Part shown: positions 1 to 10,700 of the stretch, one piece after another
Position numbering within the stretch: position 1 is the stretch's first letter
How the letters are laid out: every line of letters begins with the position of its first letter
NCBI GenBank assembly: GCA_040007675.1
Contig: JBDTUO010000001.1
Span: 1-40,842, forward strand
DNA from: Rubrivivax sp.
Lineage (GTDB): Bacteria; Pseudomonadota; Gammaproteobacteria; Burkholderiales; Burkholderiaceae_C
DNA: 40,842 nucleotides
Direction: 5' to 3'
The notes under the pieces: model-generated
What the model was told of the DNA's origin: nothing
Databases searched by the model: none
Seen by the model: the letters and a program-made list of their open reading frames with translations, nothing else
Translations under genes and position numbers: made by a program

Positions 1-1
1 G

Positions 2-106
2 CGCATCACCAGCCTGCCCTTCACGCCCGAGCGCGTCTACCGCGCGCTGCACGGGGCCTTGCCGGCTGTGCCGCCGCTGCCGCCGATCACGGAGATGCCG
101 GCGTGA
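2..106 (+). CDS. 3' end (partial) of xanthine dehydrogenase-family molybdopterin-binding subunit
   Basis: Frame 2 reads [18 protein letters not shown]...*, matching the 'ri.lP.TPe.v..al' C-terminus of XdhA/CoxL/HcrA-type large subunits; stop overlaps the next start (GTGA at 103-106). Confidence 0.65.
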   Translation, partial: RITSLPFTPERVYRALHGALPAVPPLPPITEMPA

Positions 107-1305
107 AAGCGCGCACCGTGCTGTCGCTCGAGCAGGCGCTGTCACTGCCGTATGCGACGCTGCGGTTCGCGCAGCTCGGCTGGCGCGTGATCCGCATCGA
201 GGCGACGGCGGGAAAAGGCCTGCCGGGCGATCCGAACCGCTACATCGGATCGCGCGTGTGCAGCGAGCCAGGAGACGCAGATGACCGGCGCAGCTATTTC
301 GTTGCGCCCAACGTCGGCAAGGAGGCGATCGCGCTCAATTTGAAGGACGCGCGTGGTCAGGAACTGCTGGCCCGACTGATCGACAAGCTCGACGTCGATG
401 TCTTCTGCTGCAACACCGTGCCGTCGCGCTATGCGTCGCTCGGCATCGCACCGGAGCAGTTGCGCGCCGGGCGGCCGGAACTCATCTGGGCCGGCATCTC
501 GGCGATGGGCCCAGCCTTCCCCGATGCGCCCGGCTACGACCCGGTGCTGCAGGCGATGGCCGGCTACATGGAAGTCACCGGCGAGCGCCAGGGTCCCCCG
601 ATGCTGACCGGCATCCCGGTCATCGACCTCAAGTCGGGCGACGAGCTCTACGCCAACGTCATGCGCGCGCTGCTCGAGCGCCATGAGACCGGGCAGGGGC
701 AGACGATCCACGTTTCGATGCTGCAGGCCGCAGCGTCATGGCTCATCACCGTGCTGCCGCTGTTGGACTTCGGCTGCCGCGAGGAAGAGATCACGCGCGC
801 CGGCAACGAGCACCGCAAGTTCATCCCGACGAATGTCTACCCGGCGAGCGACGGCTTTGTCTATCTCGCCATTGGCAGCGATGTGCAGTGGCGTCGCCTG
901 TGCACGACCCCGAAGTTCGCCGCGATTGCCAGCGAGGCGCGCGCGACGAACGAAGGCCGTCACGCCGAGCGCGAGGCGATCCACCGCGACATGGTCGCCG
1001 TCACCGCGCAGCACCCGGCCGCGGTCCTGCTCGCCGACCTCGCGGCGGCGACGATCCCGGCGACGCGCATCCACGACATCCGCCAGGTGCGCGAGCTGCC
1101 CGCACTGGCGGACAAGCTGACGCGCACGACGCTGCCCGACGGCCGGGTCATTCACATGCCGCCGATGGCCGTCGATCAGCCGGGCGCGAAGACCGATCTC
1201 GCCTTCGCGCCCGGCTACGGCGAGCACACGCGGCGCGTGCTCGCCGAAGCCGGCCTGGCCGAAAGCGAGATCGCTCAATTGCACGACGCAGGTGTCGTCG
1301 CGTGA
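103..1305 (+). CDS. Family III (CaiB/BaiF) CoA-transferase
   Basis: 400 aa; [29 protein letters not shown] (catalytic Asp), C-terminal [12 protein letters not shown]. Confidence 0.9.
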   Translation: MKARTVLSLEQALSLPYATLRFAQLGWRVIRIEATAGKGLPGDPNRYIGSRVCSEPGDADDRRSYFVAPNVGKEAIALNLKDARGQELLARLIDKLDVDVFCCNTVPSRYASLGIAPEQLRAGRPELIWAGISAMGPAFPDAPGYDPVLQAMAGYMEVTGERQGPPMLTGIPVIDLKSGDELYANVMRALLERHETGQGQTIHVSMLQAAASWLITVLPLLDFGCREEEITRAGNEHRKFIPTNVYPASDGFVYLAIGSDVQWRRLCTTPKFAAIASEARATNEGRHAEREAIHRDMVAVTAQHPAAVLLADLAAATIPATRIHDIRQVRELPALADKLTRTTLPDGRVIHMPPMAVDQPGAKTDLAFAPGYGEHTRRVLAEAGLAESEIAQLHDAGVVA

Positions 1306-1307
1306 CG

Positions 1308-2867
1308 ATGATGTCCGGCAACTTCCCGTCGCAGCGACCTGTGCTGCCAGGGGCGCACGACAGCGTGGTCGCGATGCTCGCCGCGGCGGCCGCCGAAGCG
1401 CCGAAGGCCGAAGCACTGGTCTTCGGCGAACGCAGACTGACCTACGCCGGCTACATCGCCTGCGTCGCCGCCTTCGCGCACGAACTCGAATCGCTGGGCG
1501 GACGCGGCGAACGCGTCGCCACGCTGATCGGCAATTCGATCGACGCCTGCATCGCGATGTTCGGTGCACTCGCAGCCGGCGCGCAACTCGTCCCGCTGAA
1601 CCCGCTGCTCACCGCGCATGAGCTGGCCCCGATCCTGCTCGATGCGGCACCGCGCGTCCTGGTCGTGGATGCGGCGCTGCGCGGCCTGATCGACGCCGCC
1701 GCGCGCGACGCGGGCATCGTGCACATCGTCGAAGTCGGCCACGGTGGCCGTCATCTCGACGTCTCGCGCGACGGCGAGGCGGCACTTCCGGGTTTGCCGC
1801 AGCCCGATGCGCTCGCTCTGCTGCAGTACACCGGCGGCACGACCGGGCGCGCGAAGGGCGTGGAACTGACACACCGCGCGATCGCGATCAACGTCGAACA
1901 GCGAGAGGCCCTGCTGCCGACCCGGCGCGGCGACCGCATCGTCTGCATGATGCCCTTGTCACACGCGTACGGCATGGCGATGGGCCTGTTTCTCGCCGTG
2001 CATTGCGCTGGGGCGCTGGTGATCCTCGCGCGCTACCAACCCGACGAGGTGCTCGCGGTGATAGCGCGCGAGTGCATCGGCATCTTCCCGGGCAGCCCGA
2101 CGGTGTTCGTCGGGTTGATGTCGCATCCGGCGTTTGCCGCGACCGACTGGCGCAGCGTGCACACCTGCTACTCGGGCGCGTCGGCGCTCGCCGCGGCAAC
2201 GCTCGCGCGCTGGCAGGCCGCAGTCGGCGCGCCGGTCTTCGAAGGCTACGGCCTGACCGAAGCCGGCCCGGTGCTGAGCTTCAACCCGGCCCGCGGGCCG
2301 GCGAAGGCCGGATCAGTCGGCGTCGCAGTGCCGACCACCGAGATGCAGATCGTCGATGTCGACACCGGCACGCGCGTGCTCGCCACCGGCGAGCTCGGTG
2401 AGATCCGCGCCCGCGGACCGCAACTCATGCAGGGCTATCGGGGGCGTCCGGACGAGACCGCGCAGGCGCTTCGTGACGGCTGGCTCTACACCGGCGACAT
2501 CGGTGAACTCGACGCCGACGGTTATCTCTTCATCCGCGACCGCAAGAAAGACATGCTGATCGTCGGCGGCTACAACGTCTATCCGCGCGAGGTCGAAGAA
2601 GTGTTGTTCGCACATCCTGGCGTCGTCGATGCGGCGGTCGTGGGTGAGCCCGATGCCTACCGTGGCGAGCGAGTCGTCGCGCATGTCGTGTTGCGCCCCG
2701 GCGCGACATGCAATGCCGACCTGTTGCTCGCTCATTGCCGCGAGCGGCTTGCGAAATACAAGGTTCCAGAGCGCTTTCGCTTCGCCGACGCGCTGCCCAA
2801 GACGCCCGCCAGCAAGACCGACAAACGTGCGCTGCGGAGCCTCTCGTCGGCCGTCGCGCCGACCTGA
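1308..2867 (+). CDS. AMP-forming acyl/aryl-CoA ligase
   Basis: QYTGGTTGRAKG, EGYGLTE, TGDIG, KDMLIVGGYNVYPREVE motifs; start could be GTG 1302 or ATG 1308/1311. Confidence 0.9.
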   Translation: MMSGNFPSQRPVLPGAHDSVVAMLAAAAAEAPKAEALVFGERRLTYAGYIACVAAFAHELESLGGRGERVATLIGNSIDACIAMFGALAAGAQLVPLNPLLTAHELAPILLDAAPRVLVVDAALRGLIDAAARDAGIVHIVEVGHGGRHLDVSRDGEAALPGLPQPDALALLQYTGGTTGRAKGVELTHRAIAINVEQREALLPTRRGDRIVCMMPLSHAYGMAMGLFLAVHCAGALVILARYQPDEVLAVIARECIGIFPGSPTVFVGLMSHPAFAATDWRSVHTCYSGASALAAATLARWQAAVGAPVFEGYGLTEAGPVLSFNPARGPAKAGSVGVAVPTTEMQIVDVDTGTRVLATGELGEIRARGPQLMQGYRGRPDETAQALRDGWLYTGDIGELDADGYLFIRDRKKDMLIVGGYNVYPREVEEVLFAHPGVVDAAVVGEPDAYRGERVVAHVVLRPGATCNADLLLAHCRERLAKYKVPERFRFADALPKTPASKTDKRALRSLSSAVAPT

Positions 2868-2892
2868 CCTGCTGAAAGTGATTGCCCCGACC

Positions 2893-4902
2893 ATGCCTTA
2901 CGCGAACCCGCTTCTGGAGCGGCCGACACGCCCCGCGCCGCGCCATGTTGCCGTGATCGGCGCCGGATCGATCGGTCCCGACATCGCCTACTACCTGAAG
3001 AGCGCGCTGCCGGGCCTGAAGCTCACGCTGCTCGATGTCCGCCGGGATGCGATCGATGCCGCACTCGCGCGCCTCGCAGGTTATGCGGACAAGGCCGTCG
3101 CGCGCGGCAAGATGAGTGCCGACGACGCCCGCGCCACACTGGACGGCCTCGCCGGCAGCACCGACTACGACACGCTGACGGATTGCGACTGGGTGCTCGA
3201 GGCGGCGAGCGAAGACCTCGCACTCAAGCGCCGCATCTTCGCCGCTGTCGAGGCGCGGATCGCGACCGACGCGGTGATGACGTCGAACACGAGTTCACTG
3301 CCCGCGGCGCGCATCTTTGCCGAGCTGAAGCATCCCGAGCGGGCGACGGTGACGCACTTTTTCGCTCCCGCCTGGCGCAATCCGGCGGTCGAGGTGATCG
3401 ACTGGCCGGGGGTCGATCCGGCGCTGCTCGTCTGGCTTCGACACGGCTTCGCGGCCACCGGAAAATTGCCGCTCACGACGAGTGACGCACCTTGTTTCAT
3501 GCTCGACCGCATCTTCGACAACTGGTGCAACGACGCGGCGCTGCTGCTGGACGACGCGAGCGCGACACAGATCGACAGCGTGGCGGCCGAGTTCGTGCAC
3601 GCCGGCCCGTTCTTCGTGCTCAACCTCGCGCAGGGCAACCCGATCATCATCGAGACCAATACGCTGCAGGCCGCGGAAGAAGGCGCGCATTACCGGCCGG
3701 CGGCCATTTTTCGTTCGGTCGCGCGCTGGGACACCGTGGCGCCGGGCCAGGCCGTCGCGGTGGGCGACGAACTTCGCGCGCGCATCCGTGATCGGCTGCT
3801 CGGCGTGCTGCTGTCGCAGACGGTCGACATCCTGGATCGCAAGGTCGGCACCGGCGCAGACCTCGACCTGGGTTGCCGTGTCGCGCTCGGTTTCAAGCGC
3901 GGGCCGCTGGAGATCATGCACGCAGCGGGCGACGCCGAATGCCAACGCATCCTGCACCGATTCGTTGCGGACCGTCCGGGCATGCCCGCTGCCGCACGCG
4001 CACTGTCCAGCTACCAGCCGCGCGAGCGCCACGTCCTCGTCGACGATATCGACGACGTCAAAGTGATCACGCTGCGCCGCCCCGAGGCGCTCAATGCACT
4101 GCACGACCAGATGACCGACGAGGTACTCGCCGTGGTCCAGCGCCATGCAAGCGACCCCATGGTCGCGGGCTTCGTGATCGTCGGTTACGGCACGAAGGCG
4201 TTCAGTGCCGGCGCCGATCTCGGCCGCTTCCCGTCGTTGCTCGGCGATGCAGGCGCCGCGGCGCAATATGCGCGCGACTGTTCACGCCTGCTCGTGCACC
4301 TGGACCACTGCCCCAAGCCGGTGGTCGCCGCGCTCAACGGAATGGCACTCGGCGGTGGCTTCGAGCTCGCGATGCGCTGCCATGCCCTCGTCGCCATGCG
4401 CAGCGCCTGGATGCAGTTGCCCGAAGTGACGCTCGGTATCCTGCCTGCCATCGGCGCCATGGTCGTGCCCTACCGGCGCTGGCCGGCAGCGGGTGCGGTG
4501 TTCCACCGCATGCTGTGCCGCGGCGAACGCCTGCGCGCCGTGCAGGCGCATGAACTGGGCATCGTCGACTCCCTGGCCGACGATTTCGACGAGCTGATGG
4601 CCCGGGCCGTGGCGCACGTGCATGCGCTGGCCGGTCGCGTGTCGCGCATCGGCGAGAGCGCCGTCGCGGTGCCCGCTTTCAGCGTCGAGGCGGCGCGCTC
4701 GGTCGATGGGCGCGTGCTCAGCGCCGGCGTGGTCGCGCTGATCGAGGCGGCGGTGCGCGACGCCGCGGCCGCCCCGCGCCTGGACGAAGCGCTCGAGATC
4801 GGCTACCGCGCATTCGGTGCGGCGGCCTGCACTGCGGCAGCACGCGAAGGCATTGCCGCTTTCCTGGACCGGCGCTTGCCCGACTTCGGCGCGACCGGTT
4901 GA
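2893..4902 (+). CDS. Fused 3-hydroxyacyl-CoA dehydrogenase (N-terminal) / enoyl-CoA hydratase (C-terminal)
   Basis: VAVIGAGSIG, SNTSSL and THFF in the N-terminal half; AFSAGADL, GGGFELA and PEVTLG crotonase motifs in the C-terminal half. Confidence 0.88.
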   Translation: MPYANPLLERPTRPAPRHVAVIGAGSIGPDIAYYLKSALPGLKLTLLDVRRDAIDAALARLAGYADKAVARGKMSADDARATLDGLAGSTDYDTLTDCDWVLEAASEDLALKRRIFAAVEARIATDAVMTSNTSSLPAARIFAELKHPERATVTHFFAPAWRNPAVEVIDWPGVDPALLVWLRHGFAATGKLPLTTSDAPCFMLDRIFDNWCNDAALLLDDASATQIDSVAAEFVHAGPFFVLNLAQGNPIIIETNTLQAAEEGAHYRPAAIFRSVARWDTVAPGQAVAVGDELRARIRDRLLGVLLSQTVDILDRKVGTGADLDLGCRVALGFKRGPLEIMHAAGDAECQRILHRFVADRPGMPAAARALSSYQPRERHVLVDDIDDVKVITLRRPEALNALHDQMTDEVLAVVQRHASDPMVAGFVIVGYGTKAFSAGADLGRFPSLLGDAGAAAQYARDCSRLLVHLDHCPKPVVAALNGMALGGGFELAMRCHALVAMRSAWMQLPEVTLGILPAIGAMVVPYRRWPAAGAVFHRMLCRGERLRAVQAHELGIVDSLADDFDELMARAVAHVHALAGRVSRIGESAVAVPAFSVEAARSVDGRVLSAGVVALIEAAVRDAAAAPRLDEALEIGYRAFGAAACTAAAREGIAAFLDRRLPDFGATG

Positions 4903-4938
4903 CGGTTCACCTTGTCCAACTGCAGAAGGAGACACCCC

Positions 4939-5964
4939 ATGAAAACGCTTCACCTCGCCTCGGCCGTCGCACTGGCCTCGATGCTGACATTGGCGCCGGC
5001 CCAGGCGCAGACGACGATGACCGCATCGTCATGGGTGCCACCCGGTCATCCGTTGACGGCCAATGTCTTCGTGCCCTGGCTGAAGGAGGTCGAGACAGCG
5101 ACGCAGGGGCGCGTCAAGTTCAACATCCTGCCGAAGGCGCCGGTAGCGCCGCCGCAGACCTTCGATGCCGTGAAGGACGGCGTGGTCGACGTCTCGTTCA
5201 CCGTGCAGGGCTACACGCCGGGTCGGTTCGTGCTGACCAAGATGGCCGAGTTCGGTTTTCTCGGCGACTCGGCAGAGGCGACCTCGGTCGCCTACGAGCG
5301 CATGTACCGCAAGCATCTGGCCAAGCTCGAAGAACACAAGGGCGTGCGGGTGATCTCGGTCTTCACGCACGGGCCGGGGGAGATCTTCACCGTCAGCAAG
5401 CCGGTCGCAAGCCTGGCCGATCTGCAGGGCATGAAGATCCGCGTCGGCGGCGGCATCGTCAACGAATACACCCGCGCACTGGGCGCGAGCCCGCTGCTCA
5501 AGCCATCCAGCGAATCGTTCCAGATGCTGCAAAGCGGCGTCGCCGACGGCATCTTTTTTCCGCCCGAATCGATCCCCGGATTCAAGCTCACCAGCCTGAT
5601 CAAGCATGGCACGCTGATCCCAGGTGGCCTGTACAACACCAGCTTCGTGATGATGATGAACGAAGCCAGGTATAACGCCCTGCCCCAGGCCGACCGCGAT
5701 GCGATCGACAAGCTCTCGGGCGAGCACTTCGCGCGCCTGGCCGGCAAGGCCTGGGACGCGGCCGACGCAGCGGGCATGGCGACGATGAAGGCGGCCGGCG
5801 TCAACCTGCAGACCGCGAGCCCGGCCTTCATCGCCGAGATCAAGTCGAAGGTCGATCCGGTCGAACAGGCCTGGTACGCCGAAGTCAAACCCAAGGACGT
5901 GGACGGGGCGGCGCTGATGAAGGAGTTCCGCGCCGAGATCGCCAACGTCGCGGCAGGCAAGTGA
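4939..5964 (+). CDS. dctP: TRAP transporter substrate-binding protein (DctP family)
   Basis: AAGGAG RBS, signal peptide ending AQA, DLQGMKIRV motif; followed by small and large TRAP permeases. Confidence 0.9.
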   Translation: MKTLHLASAVALASMLTLAPAQAQTTMTASSWVPPGHPLTANVFVPWLKEVETATQGRVKFNILPKAPVAPPQTFDAVKDGVVDVSFTVQGYTPGRFVLTKMAEFGFLGDSAEATSVAYERMYRKHLAKLEEHKGVRVISVFTHGPGEIFTVSKPVASLADLQGMKIRVGGGIVNEYTRALGASPLLKPSSESFQMLQSGVADGIFFPPESIPGFKLTSLIKHGTLIPGGLYNTSFVMMMNEARYNALPQADRDAIDKLSGEHFARLAGKAWDAADAAGMATMKAAGVNLQTASPAFIAEIKSKVDPVEQAWYAEVKPKDVDGAALMKEFRAEIANVAAGK

Positions 5965-5974
5965 GGGTGCGGCC

Positions 5975-6472
5975 ATGAGTGCCGGCGCGGCCACGCCACC
6001 GCGCTGGAAGGCCATCGAGTGGCTGCTCGGCGGCGTCGCCGCGCTGCTGCTCGTGGGTTTGGCGTTGTTGACCTGCGTCGACGTCGTCGGCCGCTATTTC
6101 CTCAACCGGCCGCTCACCGGCGCCTTCGAGCTGACCGAACTGGCGATGGGTGCGCTGGTCTTCTCGAGCCTGCCGTTGGTCACGCTGCACCGCCAGCAGG
6201 TCACGGTCGATCTGTTCGCGTCATTGGTGCCGCGGGCCTGGCGGCGGGCGCAGAACGCGCTCATCGACGTGAGTGCCGCGGCCTGCATCGGCGTCATCGC
6301 ATGGCAGCTCGGGCGCCGGGCGGTCAACATGGCGGCCGCCGGCGAAACCACGGCCACGCTGCAGATCCCGGTCTACCCGCTGGTCGGCTACATGGCACTT
6401 CTGGCGGGCGCCACCGTCGTGCTGATGCTGGCGATGGCCTGGACCGACGCCACCGACGCCCCACCGCGATGA
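5975..6472 (+). CDS. dctQ: TRAP transporter small permease
   Basis: 165 aa, about 4 hydrophobic segments, DVVGRY...ELTE motif. Confidence 0.88.
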   Translation: MSAGAATPPRWKAIEWLLGGVAALLLVGLALLTCVDVVGRYFLNRPLTGAFELTELAMGALVFSSLPLVTLHRQQVTVDLFASLVPRAWRRAQNALIDVSAAACIGVIAWQLGRRAVNMAAAGETTATLQIPVYPLVGYMALLAGATVVLMLAMAWTDATDAPPR

Positions 6473-7761
6473 ACGAAGCCCTGCTCGCGTTCGCCGCGAT
6501 GCTGTTGCTGGCGTTTGCGCGCATGCCGATCGCATTTGCGATGGGCCTGGTCGGCTTCGCCGGTTTTGCACTCAAGGCCAGTGCACCGGCCGCGCTGGCG
6601 ATGGTTGGCGCGGTCGCCTACGAGACCGGGCTGTCGTATGCGCTGTCGGTCGTGCCGCTGTTCGTGCTGATGGGCAACCTGGTCACCCGCGCGGGCCTGT
6701 CGGAGGAACTGTACGAGGCCTCGCATGCCTTCCTCGGCCACCGCAAGGGGGGGCTGGCGATGGCCACCATCGTCGCCTGCGGCGGCTTTTCGGCGATCTG
6801 CGGCTCCAGCGTGGCGACCGCGGCGACGATGGCCAAGGTGGCGGTGCAGCCGATGCGTCAACATGGCTACTCCGACGCGCTCGCCACTGGTTCGGTGGCC
6901 GCCGGCGGCACGCTGGGCATTCTGATCCCGCCCTCGGTGGTGCTGGTGATCTACGGCATCCTCACGCAGCAGAATATCGGCAAGCTGTTCATCGCCGGCA
7001 TACTGCCCGGCCTGGTCGCGGTTGTGTGCTACATGGGTGCTATCGCGGTCACCGTGCGCCTGGACCCGACGGCCGGCCCGCCCGGCGACTTCGTGCCCTG
7101 GCCCGCACGGCTGCGCGCGCTGCGACGCGTGTGGGGTGTGCTGGCGCTGTTCGTGCTGGTGCTGGGCGGCATCTACGGTGGCGTGTTCACGCCCACCGAA
7201 GCAGCGGCGGTCGGCGCAGCCGGCGCGTTCGTCTTCGCGATCTTCCGCCGCGGCTGGTCGACCGCTTTCCTGCGGGAGGTGCTGGTCGAAAGCGCGGTGA
7301 CGACGGGCATGCTCTTCGCGATCCTGATCGGTGCGCTGGTGTTTGCAAACTTCGTCAACATGACGACCATGCCCGCGGAGCTGATCGCATTCACCGAGCG
7401 CTTCGCGTCGACGCCGATGCTGGTGATCGTCGCGATCTGCGTCATCTACGTGCTGCTGGGCTGCGTGCTCGAGAGCATGTCGATGATCCTGCTCACCGTG
7501 CCGATGTTCTACCCGGTGGTGCAACACCTGGGCTTCGACCTCATCTGGTTCGGCATCATCGTCGTCGTCGTGACCGAGATCAGCCTGATCACGCCTCCGG
7601 TCGGGCTCAATGTCTTCGTGCTGCGCAGCGTGCTGCCCGACATCCCCACCCTCGAGGTCTTCCGCGGCGTCGTCCCCTTCGTAATTTCCGATCTGGTCAG
7701 GCTGGCGATCCTGATCGGATTCCCGGGCATCACGCTGTACCTGACGCGTTTCGTCGCCTGA
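6469..7761 (+). CDS. dctM: TRAP transporter large permease
   Basis: ATGA overlap with dctQ; CGSSVATAA, GTLGILIPPS, FTPTEAAA, ITPPVG motifs. Confidence 0.92.
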   Translation: MNEALLAFAAMLLLAFARMPIAFAMGLVGFAGFALKASAPAALAMVGAVAYETGLSYALSVVPLFVLMGNLVTRAGLSEELYEASHAFLGHRKGGLAMATIVACGGFSAICGSSVATAATMAKVAVQPMRQHGYSDALATGSVAAGGTLGILIPPSVVLVIYGILTQQNIGKLFIAGILPGLVAVVCYMGAIAVTVRLDPTAGPPGDFVPWPARLRALRRVWGVLALFVLVLGGIYGGVFTPTEAAAVGAAGAFVFAIFRRGWSTAFLREVLVESAVTTGMLFAILIGALVFANFVNMTTMPAELIAFTERFASTPMLVIVAICVIYVLLGCVLESMSMILLTVPMFYPVVQHLGFDLIWFGIIVVVVTEISLITPPVGLNVFVLRSVLPDIPTLEVFRGVVPFVISDLVRLAILIGFPGITLYLTRFVA

Positions 7762-7767
7762 GCCGTC

Positions 7768-10700
7768 ATGGAGTCCGCGGTGCTGCCCGACATCTCGCTG
7801 GCCGACAAATACCGGCTCGAGCGCGGCCGCGTCTACCTCACCGGCGTGCAGGCCCTGGCAAGGCTGCCCATGTTGCAGCACGCACGCGACCGCGCCGCCG
7901 GGCTGAATACCGCGGGCTACGTCACCGGCTACCGCGGCTCGCCGCTGGCCGGGCTGGACAGCGCGCTGCACCAGGCCGCGGCGCATCTCGCCGAGCACCA
8001 CATCCGCTTCCAGCCCGGCGTCAACGAGGACCTGGCGGCCACCGCCTGCTGGGGCACGCAGCAGCTGCACCTGCTGCCTGATCCGCAGCGCGACGGCGTG
8101 TTCGCGATGTGGTACGGCAAGGGCCCGGGGGTGGACCGCTGCGTCGACGTCTTCAAGCATGCCAACCATGCCGGCACCGCGCCCCATGGCGGCGTACTGG
8201 TGGTGGCGGGCGACGATCACGGCGCACGCTCGTCGGCGGTGGCGCACCAGAGCGAACATGTCTTCTCCGCCTGTGCGATGCCGGTGCTCGCGCCCGCGGA
8301 CGTGCAGGACCTGCTCGACTTCGGCCTGCACGGCTGGGCGATGTCGCGCTACGCCGGCTGCTGGGTGGCGATGAAGACCAGCGCCGATACGGTCGAGAGC
8401 TCGACCGTGGTCGAGCTCGATCCGCAGCGCGTGCGGCTGGTGCTGCCGACGGACTTCGTGCTGCCTGCCGGCGGCGTGCACCTGCGTCTGCCCGACCCGC
8501 AGGCCGCGCAGGAGAGGCGCATGCAGGCCTACAAGATCTATGCGGCCGCGGCCTACGCGCGCGCCAACGGCATCGATCGGCTGGTGGTCGACCCGCCCGA
8601 TGCGCGGCTGGGCATCGTCGCCTGCGGCAAGGCTTGGGGCGACCTGCGCCAGGCGCTGGTTCGGCTGGGCATCGGTGACGCCGAAGCCGCCGCGCTGGGT
8701 CTGCGCCTGTACAAGGTGGGCATGCCCTGGCCGCTCGAGGCCGCGGGCGCGCGGCGCTTTGCGCGCGGGCTGCAGGAAATCCTGGTCGTCGAGGAGAAGC
8801 GCCAGATCATCGAGTACCAGATCAAGGAGATGCTCTTCGAGTGGCGCGACGGCGAACGCCCGCGCGTGGTCGGCAAATTCGACGAAGGCGGCGAATGGCC
8901 TGCGCCGCCCGGTCAATGGCTGCTGCCGCCCACGGGCGAGCTCGACGCGGCGATCGTCGCGCGCGCCATCGCGCTGCGCCTGGCGCGGCTGGACGGCAGT
9001 GCACGCTGGCGCGATGCCGTCGCCGCGCTCGATGCACGCGAAGCCGCATTCGCCGCCCTGCCCCCGCCCCTGCTGCAGCGCACGCCCTACTTCTGTTCGG
9101 GTTGCCCGCACAACCGCTCCACGCGCGTGCCCGAAGGGTCGTGCGCGCTGGCCGGTGTCGGCTGCCACCTGATGGCCGCCTGGATGGATCGCGGCACACT
9201 GACGATCAGCCAGATGGGCGGCGAAGGCGTCGCCTGGCTGGGCCTGTCCGGGCACGCGGGCACGCGGCATGTCTTCGCCAACATGGGCGACGGCACCTAC
9301 TTCCACTCCGGGCTGCTGGCGATCCGCGCGGCGGTCGCGGCCGATGTGGCGATCACCTACAAGATCCTCTACAACGACGCGGTCGCCATGACCGGGGGCC
9401 AGCCGCTGGACGGGCAGCTCTCGGTGCCACAGCTGACGCGCCAGCTCGCCGCCGAAGGGGTGCGACGCATCGTCGTGCTCGCCGACGACCTGGGCAAGTA
9501 TCCACGCAACGCCGACTTTGCCGCCGGCGTCGAGTTGCGTCCGCGCACGGCACTCGACGCGGTGCAGCGCGAACTGCGCGAATTTCCGGGCGTGACCGCG
9601 CTGGTCTACGACCAGACCTGCGCGACCGAGCAGCGCCGCCGCCGCAAGCGAGGCGCATTGCCCGAGTCGACGACGCACGTCTTCATCAACGAAGCGCTGT
9701 GCGAAGGCTGCGGCGACTGCGCGGCCAAGTCGAACTGCCTGTCGGTGGTGCCGGTGGCCACCGAGTTCGGCACCAAGCGGGCGATTGACGGGTTCAGCTG
9801 CAACCAGGACCTGAGCTGCCTGGAAGGCTGCTGCCCGGCGCTGGTCAGCGTCGAAGGCAAGCGGCAGCACCGTTCGGCGCCGGCAGGCACGGCCGACGAA
9901 TCGGCCTTGCCGGACCCGCTGCTGCCCTCGCTGGATGCACCGTGGTCGCTGCTGGTGGCCGGCGTGGGCGGCACCGGCGTGGTCACCATCGGCGCGCTGC
10001 TGGGCATGGCTGCACACCTCGACGGGCTGGGCGTGACCGTACTCGACGTCACCGGTCTGGCGCAGAAAGGCGGAGCCGTGCTGTCGCACATACGCATCGC
10101 GCGCGACCCGGCGGCGCTGCACGCCGTTCGCATCGCGCCCGGTGACGCTGATGCCTTGCTCGGCGCGGACCTGCTGGTCGCCGCCGCACCCGACACCATG
10201 CGCCGGCTGCGCCGCGATCATGCGCGCGCCATCGTCAACACGGCGCAGACGATCACCGGGGACTTCCTGCGCGATCCCGATCTCGAGATGCCGCGCGAGG
10301 CGACGCTCGCGCGACTGCGCGCCGCGCTCGGCGATGCGGCGGTCGAGGCGCTGGACGCGACCCGGCTCGCCTCGCTGCTGCTCGGCCATCCGATCGCCAC
10401 CAACATGTTCATGCTCGGCCTGGCCTGGCAGCGCGGGCTGGTGCCGGTGTCGCGCAAGGCCTTGCTGCGTGCGGTCGAGCTCAACAACGGGGCGGTCGAC
10501 GACAACCGACGCGCTTTCGCCTGGGGCCGGCAGGCCGCCTGCGATCGCACCGCCACCGAGGCGGCCGCCGCCGCACAGGAGCAGTTGCCGGCGTCGCGCC
10601 GGCTGTCCGCCAGCCTGGACGAACGCATCGCGCGTCGCCGGGAGGCGCTTGTCGCCTATCACGGCCAGACCTGCGCGCGCGACTACGCCGCGCTGCTCGA

